Of a stretch of DNA of 64,000 bases, positions 10,925 to 20,535 are shown piece after piece. Numbering within the stretch: the first letter of the stretch is position 1; every line of letters begins with the position of its first letter. The DNA is taken from assembly GCA_964642015.1 (NCBI GenBank), contig CAZXLF010000006.1:58661-122660 (forward strand), given 5' to 3'. A program made the position numbers and the translations under genes. Under the pieces are notes generated by a model that worked only from the letters and a program-made list of their open reading frames with translations, ran no database searches and was not told where the DNA came from. The DNA comes from an uncultured Planctomycetia bacterium (GTDB taxonomy: Bacteria; Omnitrophota; Gorgyraeia; 2-02-FULL-51-18).

Positions 10925-11789
10925 AAATTTTTCTTACAGCCATACCGATAAAGAACGTGATCGCGGCGATGCTGATGCTCAAAATAGCCATTTCGAAAAA
11001 CCGTTTCTTGAAATCCAGACTTTTAGCTACTGAAATGTAAAAAGTGAACACTAAGATCAATACAAGCGCACTGCCAACTGCCAGACCTAGACAGATAAAG
11101 ATATTTGAAAAGAAAAAATAAGGCGTCACCAACACGACCACTGTGCCAATGTAAGTCAGTCCGGTATAGATGCCGGCTTTCAATGGATTTTTATCCGCCT
11201 GCTCCTGTTTCGTGGATAAATATTCTGAGGAACCCATCGACATCGAGGCGGCAATGCCGGTAATGAGCCCGACGATGCCTATGAGCCGTGTATTCTGCAA
11301 AGCCAATGTAAAACCTGCCAAAGTCGCCGTCAACTCCACCAATGCGTCATTCAGGCCTAGAACTATCGAGCTGACGTATTTCAAACGCTCTTCATTGATC
11401 AGATCAAGCAAAGCGCGTTCATGTTTTTTCTCCGCCTGCACTATCTCCTCGACCTTAGGAAGCACTTCCTTCAGTCTGACATAAGCATCCTGCGCGATAT
11501 CTTCGCCTTTTTCCATCAGCTTCAACCCAAAATTCAATCCGAAGATCCTGGATATGAGCGAATAAACCATGATCTTAAAACGGTCAGGCCTCACATTCGA
11601 TCCGGTAATGCTCTTAAAAGCTTCGTAGTGCGTCAATTCTTCTCTGGATATCTTATCCAAGATCACCGCATGATCGCCAACATTGACTATCTTGGATAGC
11701 TTTTTGTAAACAAAATGTTCGGTGATCTCGTTCCGCTGGTAACGCAATATTTCCTGCCGAAGTTCCGGACTTAAGACTTTGTTTTCCAT
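10908..11789 (-). CDS. Ferritin-like/VIT1-CCC1 family iron transporter
   Basis: ExxH motifs in N-terminal domain; VLGLNDALVE, ASMSMGSSEYLS. Confidence 0.85.
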   Translation of the reverse strand: MENKVLSPELRQEILRYQRNEITEHFVYKKLSKIVNVGDHAVILDKISREELTHYEAFKSITGSNVRPDRFKIMVYSLISRIFGLNFGLKLMEKGEDIAQDAYVRLKEVLPKVEEIVQAEKKHERALLDLINEERLKYVSSIVLGLNDALVELTATLAGFTLALQNTRLIGIVGLITGIAASMSMGSSEYLSTKQEQADKNPLKAGIYTGLTYIGTVVVLVTPYFFFSNIFICLGLAVGSALVLILVFTFYISVAKSLDFKKRFFEMAILSISIAAITFFIGMAVRKIFGVDI

Positions 11790-11794
11790 TTCGT

Positions 11795-12574
11795 TTATTG
11801 AAATATCTCCGTAAAAAATTGTTTCATCGCTTCCCAGGAACGTTTATCCGCAGAAGCATTGTAGGCGGCTCCCTTTGAGGGATCGTCCCCAGCTTCCGGG
11901 ATCGTAAAAGAATGGACCGCGCCTCCATACAAGTGCACTTGATAATCAACGCCAGCATTCCTCATTTCATCTTCCAGGGCCAGTACCTGCTCTTTTGGAG
12001 CAAAAGGATCATCGGCTCCGTGCAATATCAGAACTTTACCTTTAATATTTTTCGCGTCTTCAGGATTCGGTGTGTCCAATCCACCATGAAAACTCACAAC
12101 ACCGCGCAGATCCGCCCCGCTTCTGGCCAACTCGAGCACCGTTGTTCCTCCAAAACAATAACCGATAGCGGCGATACGGGAATCGTCCACATTTTTTTGG
12201 CTCAAAAGAACTTGAAGACCCGCTTTGGCGCGGTCACGCATCAACTGACGGTCCTTCTTATAGATAGCGGCTTGGGCGCCGGCATCCTTAGGATCGGTCG
12301 GACGAATGCCTTTGCCGTACATGTCAATCGCGAATGCAACATAACCCAATCCTGCCAACTGCTCAGCGCGTTTTTTCGGATTTTCGCGCAGACCCGTCCA
12401 ATCATGGACTACTAAAACGCCAGGACGCGCGCCGGATGCGGCATCGTCGTACGCAAGATAACCCTCCAGAACAGCATCGCCATGTTTGTATTCGATCGTT
12501 TGCGTTTTGATCTCTGCCCACGCATTGATCTGGAATACAAATAAGGCGGCGATAAGCAAAAAAATGCGTTTCAT
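11795..12574 (-). CDS. Dienelactone hydrolase family protein (exported)
   Basis: GYCFGG, HGADDP, HSFT; signal peptide. Confidence 0.9.
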   Translation of the reverse strand: MKRIFLLIAALFVFQINAWAEIKTQTIEYKHGDAVLEGYLAYDDAASGARPGVLVVHDWTGLRENPKKRAEQLAGLGYVAFAIDMYGKGIRPTDPKDAGAQAAIYKKDRQLMRDRAKAGLQVLLSQKNVDDSRIAAIGYCFGGTTVLELARSGADLRGVVSFHGGLDTPNPEDAKNIKGKVLILHGADDPFAPKEQVLALEDEMRNAGVDYQVHLYGGAVHSFTIPEAGDDPSKGAAYNASADKRSWEAMKQFFTEIFQ

Positions 12575-12588
12575 ATAATCCCTCCCGG

Positions 12589-13140
12589 CTAATTCTTTAA
12601 ATATGCTTTGATGATCTTCTGATCGGATTTAGGTTTATCCGAACTATCTACAGACGCATTTTCTATTTTTTGAACCACATCATAACCGGAGACGACTTTA
12701 CCGAATATCGTATGACGGCCGTTCAACCATGGAGTTTTGATTGTCGTGATAAAAAATTGGCTTCCATTAGTTTTTGGGCCCGCATTTGCCATCGCCAATA
12801 TTCCGGGGCCATCGAACTTAACATTCGGATTGAATTCATCTTCAAAAGGCCTGCCCCACACTGATTCTCCTCCGGTGCCGGTACCTGTCGGATCCCCGCC
12901 CTGGATCATAAAATCTTTTATGACACGATGAAATATCAAACCGTCGTAATATTTTTTTTCGGCCAATTTGATGAAATTTTCGCAAGCCTTCGGCGCCACC
13001 TCCGGCATCAGTTGAAGCTCGATCACACCTTGATTTGTTTCTAAAACCATTATCTTGTTCATACCTGATTGGTCTCCATAGATATTCGTGCTGGTTACTA
13101 CGGCTAGCGCCGCTATTGCAATGATCAAAGATTTTCTCAT
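12589..13140 (-). CDS. Cyclophilin-type peptidyl-prolyl isomerase
   Basis: FHRVIKDFMIQGGDP, MANAGPKTNGSQFFIT. Confidence 0.95.
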   Translation of the reverse strand: MRKSLIIAIAALAVVTSTNIYGDQSGMNKIMVLETNQGVIELQLMPEVAPKACENFIKLAEKKYYDGLIFHRVIKDFMIQGGDPTGTGTGGESVWGRPFEDEFNPNVKFDGPGILAMANAGPKTNGSQFFITTIKTPWLNGRHTIFGKVVSGYDVVQKIENASVDSSDKPKSDQKIIKAYLKN

Positions 13141-13347
13141 AAACAGCCATCTCCTGTTTTAATTCACTGGTCATTAAGCTTACCTAGCTTAAAAGAGATA
13201 GATAAAAAACGCCAATGATTTTTTACCTACTTTCTCCGCCAACTCTATCTCCAGTTATCATCTAATCTTATGTGATGCAAAACCTGTTAATAGTATAAAA
13301 ATTAGATACTATTGATAATTTTTAGTTAATAATGTATATTTTATAAT

Positions 13348-13965
13348 ATGGTAAAATCTGCACACTTTTTTTGGGCAAAGACAATAAATAGGGCTCTAGC
13401 CACTTGCTTCTTGGGCTTAGCAGTGATAGCCCCTTTTTGTTTTCATTATGGCTACCATCGTGTATTTCCGCTCCGCGGGGAATGGGTCGATCAGACTGTG
13501 GGACAAATACTGAGCGAGAAATATGGCGATAAAGTAGTGGTGAAAGATACCGAGATCGTCAGTTGGCGCGATATTCGCTGTCAGACCGTCAAAATTTATG
13601 CAAAAGACAGCATGCTCCTTGTCAGCGCCAATTCCGGCAGGATCGTTCTAAAAAATCCCAGTCTGAGTATAAATCACGATTTCATTACCGAGATAGAACT
13701 CTCAGGCGTATCACTTTCCAAACGTTATTTTGAAAATACCAAAGGCATCAAACCTTGGATCCATTTAATGCGAAGGCCGATACACATGAAAAATCTGCTG
13801 CTCAGCATCTCTCAGGGGAACAAATCCACCACCGTCCGTGTCTTAAAATGCAAATCCAACGACATCATCTTAAGCGGCAGCATGATCTTCAATGACAAAG
13901 GTGTTCTTAAAGACGATCTATTTGTCTCAATGTCTCCGCTTAAAATGCTCTGGATGATGATTTGA
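13348..13965 (+). CDS. Hypothetical membrane-anchored protein
   Basis: N-terminal TM; TTGATA-17-TATATT promoter 7 nt before ATG. Confidence 0.6.
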   Translation: MVKSAHFFWAKTINRALATCFLGLAVIAPFCFHYGYHRVFPLRGEWVDQTVGQILSEKYGDKVVVKDTEIVSWRDIRCQTVKIYAKDSMLLVSANSGRIVLKNPSLSINHDFITEIELSGVSLSKRYFENTKGIKPWIHLMRRPIHMKNLLLSISQGNKSTTVRVLKCKSNDIILSGSMIFNDKGVLKDDLFVSMSPLKMLWMMI

Positions 13966-13973
13966 TTTAAAAC

Positions 13974-14294
13974 CTATAGGACAGCTTTGTCGCCCTTTTC
14001 GCCTGTGCGCACGCGAATAAGATCGTCCAAAGGAAGTAGCGCTATCTTTCCATTGCCAATATCGCCCGTGCGGCAAACCTTTACGATCACATTGACAAAT
14101 TCATCCGCTTGCTCATCCGTACAATAAATCTCGATCTTGATCTTCGGTAAAACCAGATAATTGTCCGGCCGGCTTGTTTGAGCGCCGAATCCGCGTACAT
14201 CGGATATCGTCATGCCGCCTACACCGGCTGTGCGCAGTTCGTTTTTCAGCTCTTCAAATTTTTCCGGCCTTATGATGCATTCGATCTTCTTCAT
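13974..14294 (-). CDS. PII-family protein with shortened T-loop (PII-1)
   Basis: MKKIECIIRPEK, GMTISDVRGFG, LPKIKIEI, TGDIGNGKI, RVRTGEKG. Confidence 0.9.
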   Translation of the reverse strand: MKKIECIIRPEKFEELKNELRTAGVGGMTISDVRGFGAQTSRPDNYLVLPKIKIEIYCTDEQADEFVNVIVKVCRTGDIGNGKIALLPLDDLIRVRTGEKGDKAVL

Positions 14295-14399
14295 AAAATT
14301 CTCCATTTGATCGGTATAATCTACAGGAATATCATTTCAAACAAGTTACAAAAAATGAACAACGATGAAAAAGCCTTGGATTAAAAAACTGCGGTCGAT

Positions 14400-15662
14400 C
14401 TATATTCTGAAAAACAGATACCAAATAACAAAAAAGATCGGTATCAGTATCGGGAGACTATATTTATAGAAATACTCAAAAAAATGTGGCGTCTTGGCTT
14501 CAGACTGATCCGCTATCGACTTGACCAAAAAATTAGGCCCATTACCGATATAAGTAACGGCTCCAAAAAAAACTGAGCCGACGCTTATGGCTCGAATAAA
14601 ATTCGGATAGTTTGAAAGAAGATCGACAACCCCCTTATTTCCAGCAACTCCTTTCCCAAATAAGCCCAATGCAGCACTAAAGAAACTGAGATACGTCGGA
14701 GCATTATCCAAGACGCTGGACAAGATCCCGCTGCTCCAATAAAACTGTCCGGGATTGTTCAGTCCGAGTTGAGGGGCGTAACGTTCAAGCCATTCCAAAG
14801 CAGGGATCATCGTAATAAATATTCCGGCGAACAAAATGGCCACCTCTTTGATGGGAGCGAAATTAAAATCATTGCTTTCATGAACAGACTTAGCCGTCGT
14901 TGTATAAGATAAAAATGCCGCCAATACCATTATCGCCTCTCTTAAAAAAGGCGGATGGTTGATAAAAACTGAGCCGACGATCATCGCCAAAAAAATCATG
15001 TTATGCATGCCTAAAAATTTCCATTCCTCGTGGGTCGTTTCTTTTTGGCGGATCTCCAAAGGCGCTTTTTTGAAATCCAGCGTATCCAAAACAAAGAACA
15101 CTGCCAGCAGTACACCGATCGCAATAAGCCAGATCGGAAATACATTATTCAAAACCCAAAAAAACGGCACACCCTTCAAATATCCCAGAAAAAGCGGCGG
15201 ATCGCCTATCGGTGTCAGCCCTCCTCCTATATTACTGACGATGAAAATAAAAAAGACCGTATGATACGCCGTGATCCTGTATTTGTTCATGCGAAGCCAT
15301 GGGCGAATGAGCACCATTGATGCGCCGGTAGTTCCCAGAACATTCGAAAACAACGCGCCGATCAAAAGAAAAATACAATTGGCCAGTGGCGTCGCTTCGC
15401 CTTTGACGTTGATATGAATTCCGCCGGATACAACAAACAAAGAACCGATCAGACAAATAAAACTGATATATTCGACGCCGGTATGGACAAGACTGGCTGT
15501 ATACTTCAATTGAAAAAGATAATGGGCTGTAATAAGAAAAGCCGGTCCCAATGAAACAAAAATAAAATTTTTCTCCCACCACTGCTTATTGGCAAGAGGC
15601 AGTACGGCAATCAAACCTAAAAGAAGAATAAAAGGCAGCGTCCAGAGAAATTCTATTATCAT
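14400..15662 (-). CDS. IT-superfamily Na+/H+ antiporter-like (CitMHS_2-type) membrane protein
   Basis: GTTGASMVLIRP, SNIGGGLTPIGDPPLFLG, LDNAPTY, TYIGNGPNF. Confidence 0.8.
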   Translation of the reverse strand: MIIEFLWTLPFILLLGLIAVLPLANKQWWEKNFIFVSLGPAFLITAHYLFQLKYTASLVHTGVEYISFICLIGSLFVVSGGIHINVKGEATPLANCIFLLIGALFSNVLGTTGASMVLIRPWLRMNKYRITAYHTVFFIFIVSNIGGGLTPIGDPPLFLGYLKGVPFFWVLNNVFPIWLIAIGVLLAVFFVLDTLDFKKAPLEIRQKETTHEEWKFLGMHNMIFLAMIVGSVFINHPPFLREAIMVLAAFLSYTTTAKSVHESNDFNFAPIKEVAILFAGIFITMIPALEWLERYAPQLGLNNPGQFYWSSGILSSVLDNAPTYLSFFSAALGLFGKGVAGNKGVVDLLSNYPNFIRAISVGSVFFGAVTYIGNGPNFLVKSIADQSEAKTPHFFEYFYKYSLPILIPIFFVIWYLFFRI

Positions 15663-15785
15663 GCTTGTTGGCCAGTGATGGTCTTAAAAAGTTCTGTCTG
15701 TTGAAACTTTTTGATAATTATACCAAGATAACCGCGAAATCAGACGGAGTTTCGTCTGGGCAATGATACCCGTTGATAAGGAATC

Positions 15786-17759
15786 TCAGACCCGAATCGG
15801 AAGGATCACGAACGGAATTCCCTGCTTGTAAAATTTTCTCTGCAATACAAAAACCGTGTGATTGTGAAGGATGCGGGTGAACACCGTCTCTTCCGGAAAT
15901 ACAAGCTGGCCTCCGAAAAAAACAGCGTTAGGGTAAAGTTTTAAAAGTTCAGGCGCTATCTTTTCAGCTTCACTGACAACATCGATCCCGATATATGAAA
16001 GACCTTCGGCATAACAGCCCTGGCTCTGCATAAAATCCACGTAGCGGTTCACTTCTTTATTTATCTTATTCTTTAAATGGTCCACTTCGTCCGCGCCTTT
16101 AAAATTTCCTGCATCAATGATCCCTATTTGAACGAATACAAAATTTTTGAATGCCGTTCCAAAAAGACGGATCGAATTAAAAAGCGTGTGAAGTCCGAGC
16201 CCGTTAAATCCGTTCACCAGAAACACAGCCGTTTTTGCATCAGGCGACGTGTCCTTCGGTGTCGCTCCTTTGGGGAATTCCACTGATGCGGCTTCTTGAA
16301 GCAGGTCATTCAGGCGCCTGAGCATATGCGCGGTCTTCAGATAATGCCGTTTGACGATCACGGCGACCGCGATCAATGATCCTGTTATCGCAATAGTGAT
16401 CCATCCGCCGTCATGGAACTTCAAAATCACCACTGTCACAAGAATAAAGGTCGTCGCAATGAGGCCCAGACCTGCGATGATAAGCTTTCCCCACCAGATC
16501 CGGACCGTCTTTCGCATTTCCCACCAATGTTTGACCATTCCTAAATGCGATAAGCAAAAGGTAATGAACACATTGATGCTATAAAGAACAACGAGGAACC
16601 GGACAGAACCCTTCGTTAACACGATCGTTACCAATGCTGCCGCACCCATCCACAAGACGCCGTTCTGCGACACCAGACGGTCGCTTAGCATCGCGAATTG
16701 GGAAGGAAACCAACGGTCAAGCGCCATATTTGAAAGTATTTTCGGTCCGCCTAAAAATCCGGTCTGTGCCGCAGTAAAAAGAAGTAACGCCTCCGAGATT
16801 AATGTCACCAATACAAAAACATAACCCCCGTGTCCCCATCCGGCTGTCACTTGTTCGAATAAGACTGCATTCAGAGTCTTGCCATGTATATGCTCAACGT
16901 GGAATAAAAGATACGCAAGCATGAGACCCATAACGGTAAACGCAAGAGAAAAAGCCATGTAACGCATCGTGCTTTTACCGGTCTTTACTCGAGGTTCTCT
17001 TAAGATCGCCATGCCGTTGCTGACCGCTTCGATACCGGTAAAGGTTCCCGCGCCCATACTATAAGCGCGTAAAATCAAGAAGATCATCGCGAAAAGTCCT
17101 ATCTGGGACCGCGTGGTATGGATCTCATTAACGGTCGCATGCAAGACCCCTGAAAAATTTCCGGAATGAACGATCAGTGCGTAGACAATAACCAACACGT
17201 GGGTAAATAGAAAGATCATAAAAATAGGCACTAGAGGAATAACGGATTCTTTGACTCCGCGTAAATTCAGGATCGTAAGCAATAAAACACCGAATATCGC
17301 GAAAAAAAGCTTATAACTCTGCCACTCCACCGGCAGAAAACTGTAAATGGCGTCCGTGCCGCTAGCGATCGATATCGCGATAGTCAGAACATAATCAATC
17401 AGAAGTGCACATCCAGACACTAACCCGGCATTCGGCGACAAGAGTTTGCTTGCAACCAGATAGCCGCCGCCGCCCGCTGGAAACAATTCGATGATTTGAG
17501 AATAGCTGGCACTGATCAAAAAAACCGTAAGCGCCGAAGCTAGAGCGACAAAAATACTGAGATAATAGTGCCCGTGTAAAGCTAAAAAAGCCTCTTCGGG
17601 ACCGTAACAAGATGAAGATAAGCCGTCCGCGCCTAAACCTACCCAGGCAAAAAAAGCGATCAGCGATAAATGATGGAAGACGCTTTGGTCCAACGGGCTT
17701 TTGGCCTGGCCGATCACGGCGTGTTTTATTTTTTTCGTAAAAGATTTGGAAGCAGGCAT
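15786..17759 (-). CDS. KimA-like APC-superfamily K+ importer (paralog 1)
   Basis: ADGLSSSCYGPEE, GGGGYLVA, LIDYVLT, TGIEAVSNG; soluble C-terminal domain. Confidence 0.8.
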   Translation of the reverse strand: MPASKSFTKKIKHAVIGQAKSPLDQSVFHHLSLIAFFAWVGLGADGLSSSCYGPEEAFLALHGHYYLSIFVALASALTVFLISASYSQIIELFPAGGGGYLVASKLLSPNAGLVSGCALLIDYVLTIAISIASGTDAIYSFLPVEWQSYKLFFAIFGVLLLTILNLRGVKESVIPLVPIFMIFLFTHVLVIVYALIVHSGNFSGVLHATVNEIHTTRSQIGLFAMIFLILRAYSMGAGTFTGIEAVSNGMAILREPRVKTGKSTMRYMAFSLAFTVMGLMLAYLLFHVEHIHGKTLNAVLFEQVTAGWGHGGYVFVLVTLISEALLLFTAAQTGFLGGPKILSNMALDRWFPSQFAMLSDRLVSQNGVLWMGAAALVTIVLTKGSVRFLVVLYSINVFITFCLSHLGMVKHWWEMRKTVRIWWGKLIIAGLGLIATTFILVTVVILKFHDGGWITIAITGSLIAVAVIVKRHYLKTAHMLRRLNDLLQEAASVEFPKGATPKDTSPDAKTAVFLVNGFNGLGLHTLFNSIRLFGTAFKNFVFVQIGIIDAGNFKGADEVDHLKNKINKEVNRYVDFMQSQGCYAEGLSYIGIDVVSEAEKIAPELLKLYPNAVFFGGQLVFPEETVFTRILHNHTVFVLQRKFYKQGIPFVILPIRV

Positions 17760-17804
17760 AAAATTTTCTTTCGCTCCAATAAATGAATTAAAGATATTTA
17801 TTAC

Positions 17805-17845
17805 AAGTAAACGCCAGCGCAAAATTTTTACGCTGGCGTTTACTT
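17805..17845. terminator. Terminator hairpin after glnK
   Basis: 15-bp perfect inverted repeat aagtaaacgccagcg/cgctggcgtttactt. Confidence 0.75.
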
Positions 17846-17869
17846 TCTAGATGGTTATAACAACAGGGC

Positions 17870-18208
17870 TTAGATAGCTTTGTCTCCCTGCTCTCCGGTA
17901 CGAATACGAATCGCGTCGTCAATGGGGGCTATAAAGATCTTGCCGTCCCCAACTGCACCCGAACGGCAAATTTCCATGATCGCCTCGATCAGTTTTTTAA
18001 CCTGGCTATCGGCAACCACGATCTCTATCTTTATTTTCGCGAGGAACGGCGTCTTGTACTCCGTGCCTCGAAATTGATGCGTCACACCCCCTTGTTTACC
18101 ATGACCTTTTATCTCTGTCACCATCATGCCGGGATAACCGATCTTTTCCAGATGTTGACGTAAAACTTCGAGTTTTTCAGGTCGGATAATCGCTTCGATC
18201 TTTTTCAT
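17870..18208 (-). CDS. glnK: Canonical PII nitrogen regulatory protein (PII-2), 112 aa
   Basis: Full T-loop with RGTEY (Tyr51), GDGKIF, RIRTGE; directly downstream of amt. Confidence 0.9.
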   Translation of the reverse strand: MKKIEAIIRPEKLEVLRQHLEKIGYPGMMVTEIKGHGKQGGVTHQFRGTEYKTPFLAKIKIEIVVADSQVKKLIEAIMEICRSGAVGDGKIFIAPIDDAIRIRTGEQGDKAI

Positions 18209-18220
18209 ATATCCTCCCGA

Positions 18221-19684
18221 TTAAGCTGTCGGAAGTTCGGGATAAGCCGAACCGCCGTGTTCATGAATATCAAGACCCTGTAATTCCCCCTCTTTGGAAA
18301 CACGCAGAGTTCCTGTCAAATTCACTAGCCACATCAAAAGCAATCCACCAAAGAAGGCTCCGGCACCGATGGAAGCATTGCCAATGACTTGCGCAATGAA
18401 TTGATCCCAACCACCACCATAAAGCAACCCTTTGACCACCGCGGCTGCCGAATTGTCAGCTCCGGTCGGTGTAGGCGCTCCGAACTGTCCTGTAGCAAAC
18501 AAACCAAGACTCCAAGTGCCCCAAACACCGCACAGGCCATGTACCGGCCAAGCTCCGCACGGATCATCAACGCGAATATGTTCCAAAAAATCCGTGCCCA
18601 AGATAACTAATACGCCGGCCACAAGACCTATAACGATTGCACCACCGGGAGAAACCCAGTAGCAAGGACATGTGATCGCGACGAGGCCTGCTAAAATTCC
18701 ATTGCAAGTAGCTCCGCAATCCCATATCTTGGCCCGAGGATAAACAAAGAAAATGGCTGAAAGTCCTCCGGCGACAGCGGCAAGCGTCGTGTTGCATGCG
18801 ATACGGCCAATTCCTATCATATCCATTGCCGAAAGCGTGCTTCCGGGATTGAAACCGTACCATCCAAACCATAGAATGATCGTCCCAAGTGCTGCGATCG
18901 TCATGTCATGGCCTGGCATGGGTCCACCGCCATCCCTTTTGAACTTACGACCTAAACGAGGTCCTAAGACTATCGCACCTGCTAACGCGATCATACCGCC
19001 GATCGTGTGAACTACTGTCGAGCCTGCGAAATCATGGAACGCCGCCGGCTTGATTGTATTCAACCAGCCATCCGGACCCCATGCCCAATGACCCAAAATC
19101 GGATACATCACGCCGCTGACTACAAAACTATACAATAGGTCGCCGATGAATCCTGTGCGTCCAAGCATCGCACCGGAAGTAATAGTTGAGGTGCAATCCG
19201 CAAACGCAAACTGGAAAAGGAAATAGGCCAGCGTGGCCACACCCGTACTTCCATAGGTCTCAGGAATGCCATGCAGAAAATAATATTGATTTCCGATAAA
19301 GCCGTTGCCCGAGCCGAACATCCAAGCAAAACCCCATGCCCAGAACAAAATGCCGCAAAGACAAGTATCAATGACACCTTCCAGCAACACATTAATGGTC
19401 TCACGCGTACGGCCAAAACCCGCTTCCAGCATCATGAAACCGGCTTGCATGAAAAATACCAAAAACGCCGTAATTAGCACCCACATCGTATTGATCGGAT
19501 TAATATAAGGTGCCGGTGCAGCAGCGTCTTCTGCCCAAACCTTGGCTCCAAAATAAGCAGGCACAGCATAAATTATTGCAATGAGCAAGCCCACTCCAAG
19601 CATCTTACCGCCGAAGATCGCATAAAAGAGTTTCCTCTCTTTTGGATCCCGCATCTTTTCAAAAAACTTCTTAACTGACCTCAT
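18221..19684 (-). CDS. amt: Ammonium transporter (Amt family)
   Basis: FFMQAGF, DFAGSTVVH, WFGWYGFNPGS, DDPCGAWPVHG twin-His, GLDIHEHG. Confidence 0.95.
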   Translation of the reverse strand: MRSVKKFFEKMRDPKERKLFYAIFGGKMLGVGLLIAIIYAVPAYFGAKVWAEDAAAPAPYINPINTMWVLITAFLVFFMQAGFMMLEAGFGRTRETINVLLEGVIDTCLCGILFWAWGFAWMFGSGNGFIGNQYYFLHGIPETYGSTGVATLAYFLFQFAFADCTSTITSGAMLGRTGFIGDLLYSFVVSGVMYPILGHWAWGPDGWLNTIKPAAFHDFAGSTVVHTIGGMIALAGAIVLGPRLGRKFKRDGGGPMPGHDMTIAALGTIILWFGWYGFNPGSTLSAMDMIGIGRIACNTTLAAVAGGLSAIFFVYPRAKIWDCGATCNGILAGLVAITCPCYWVSPGGAIVIGLVAGVLVILGTDFLEHIRVDDPCGAWPVHGLCGVWGTWSLGLFATGQFGAPTPTGADNSAAAVVKGLLYGGGWDQFIAQVIGNASIGAGAFFGGLLLMWLVNLTGTLRVSKEGELQGLDIHEHGGSAYPELPTA

Positions 19685-19736
19685 AAACCGCCTCCTTTTC
19701 CATTTCTCTCCTCCCTTTCTTTTATTTTCCCTTTAA

Positions 19737-20468
19737 TTAATAAGCCAAATCATGGTTCATTAATCTAATGACTCCGTAACACCAATCAATGTCAGATTCC
19801 CTGACCCTGACAACCGACTGCTTAAGATCAATGGCCCGAAGAATCTTTGTTTTATTCTCGCTTGAATAGATCCGACACATCGGCGGATGGCCTTTTACTT
19901 TAATCACCACCAATTGGCCATCCTTTATCCGCTCCATCGACTTTCTGATATCGACCAGCACGATATCTCCTAACCGGCAATTGGGCTCCATGCGTTTATC
20001 GGTGATCTCAAATCCGAAAATAAATCCTGGAAAAACATCCGACGGTAAAAAACATCGTCTTTGCGTCCACTTAACGGGATTTTTGATGGCATCTAAAGGA
20101 AGGGATCTTGTCTTGTCGTTCAAAAGAGGCGCATAGTTAGGCCCTGAGATCGAAACAACCGGATCTTTCGATCCCAAAATCAAATCTCTTCGATATTTTG
20201 TTTTTCGTATGCCTTTAATCTTCATAACTTCCGTAAAAGGAATCCGGAAAATACCGGCTATTTTTTTTAGGATGTCATTCCTTAAAGGAAAAGAGCGTTT
20301 GTTCTCCCATTTGGAGACCGCCTGCTTTTTCACTCCGATCTTCCGGGATAATTCCTCTTGCGTCATTCTCAGTCCGGTCCTTAGCTCTTTTAATATGGAA
20401 CCAAATTCTTCTACAGCTATGCTCATACTGTGGTTGGGACTATTTAAAGTGTCTCTGTTTGTCATCAT
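19737..20468 (-). CDS. XRE-family HTH regulator with degenerate S24 (CI/LexA-like) C-terminal domain
   Basis: LKELR...MTQEELS..IGVKKQAVSKWE; C-terminal ITDKRMEP..GDIVLVD..DGQLVV; start codon uncertain. Confidence 0.75.
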   Translation of the reverse strand: MMTNRDTLNSPNHSMSIAVEEFGSILKELRTGLRMTQEELSRKIGVKKQAVSKWENKRSFPLRNDILKKIAGIFRIPFTEVMKIKGIRKTKYRRDLILGSKDPVVSISGPNYAPLLNDKTRSLPLDAIKNPVKWTQRRCFLPSDVFPGFIFGFEITDKRMEPNCRLGDIVLVDIRKSMERIKDGQLVVIKVKGHPPMCRIYSSENKTKILRAIDLKQSVVRVRESDIDWCYGVIRLMNHDLAY

Positions 20469-20535
20469 TTATTCATCAACTAAAAGCTTATTAATATCAA
20501 AATTCCATCAATTTATGTAAAAATATGACATTTAA

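Noticed and set aside
19737-20468. Prophage repressor marking a prophage
   Set aside because: No integrase, structural or replication phage genes nearby
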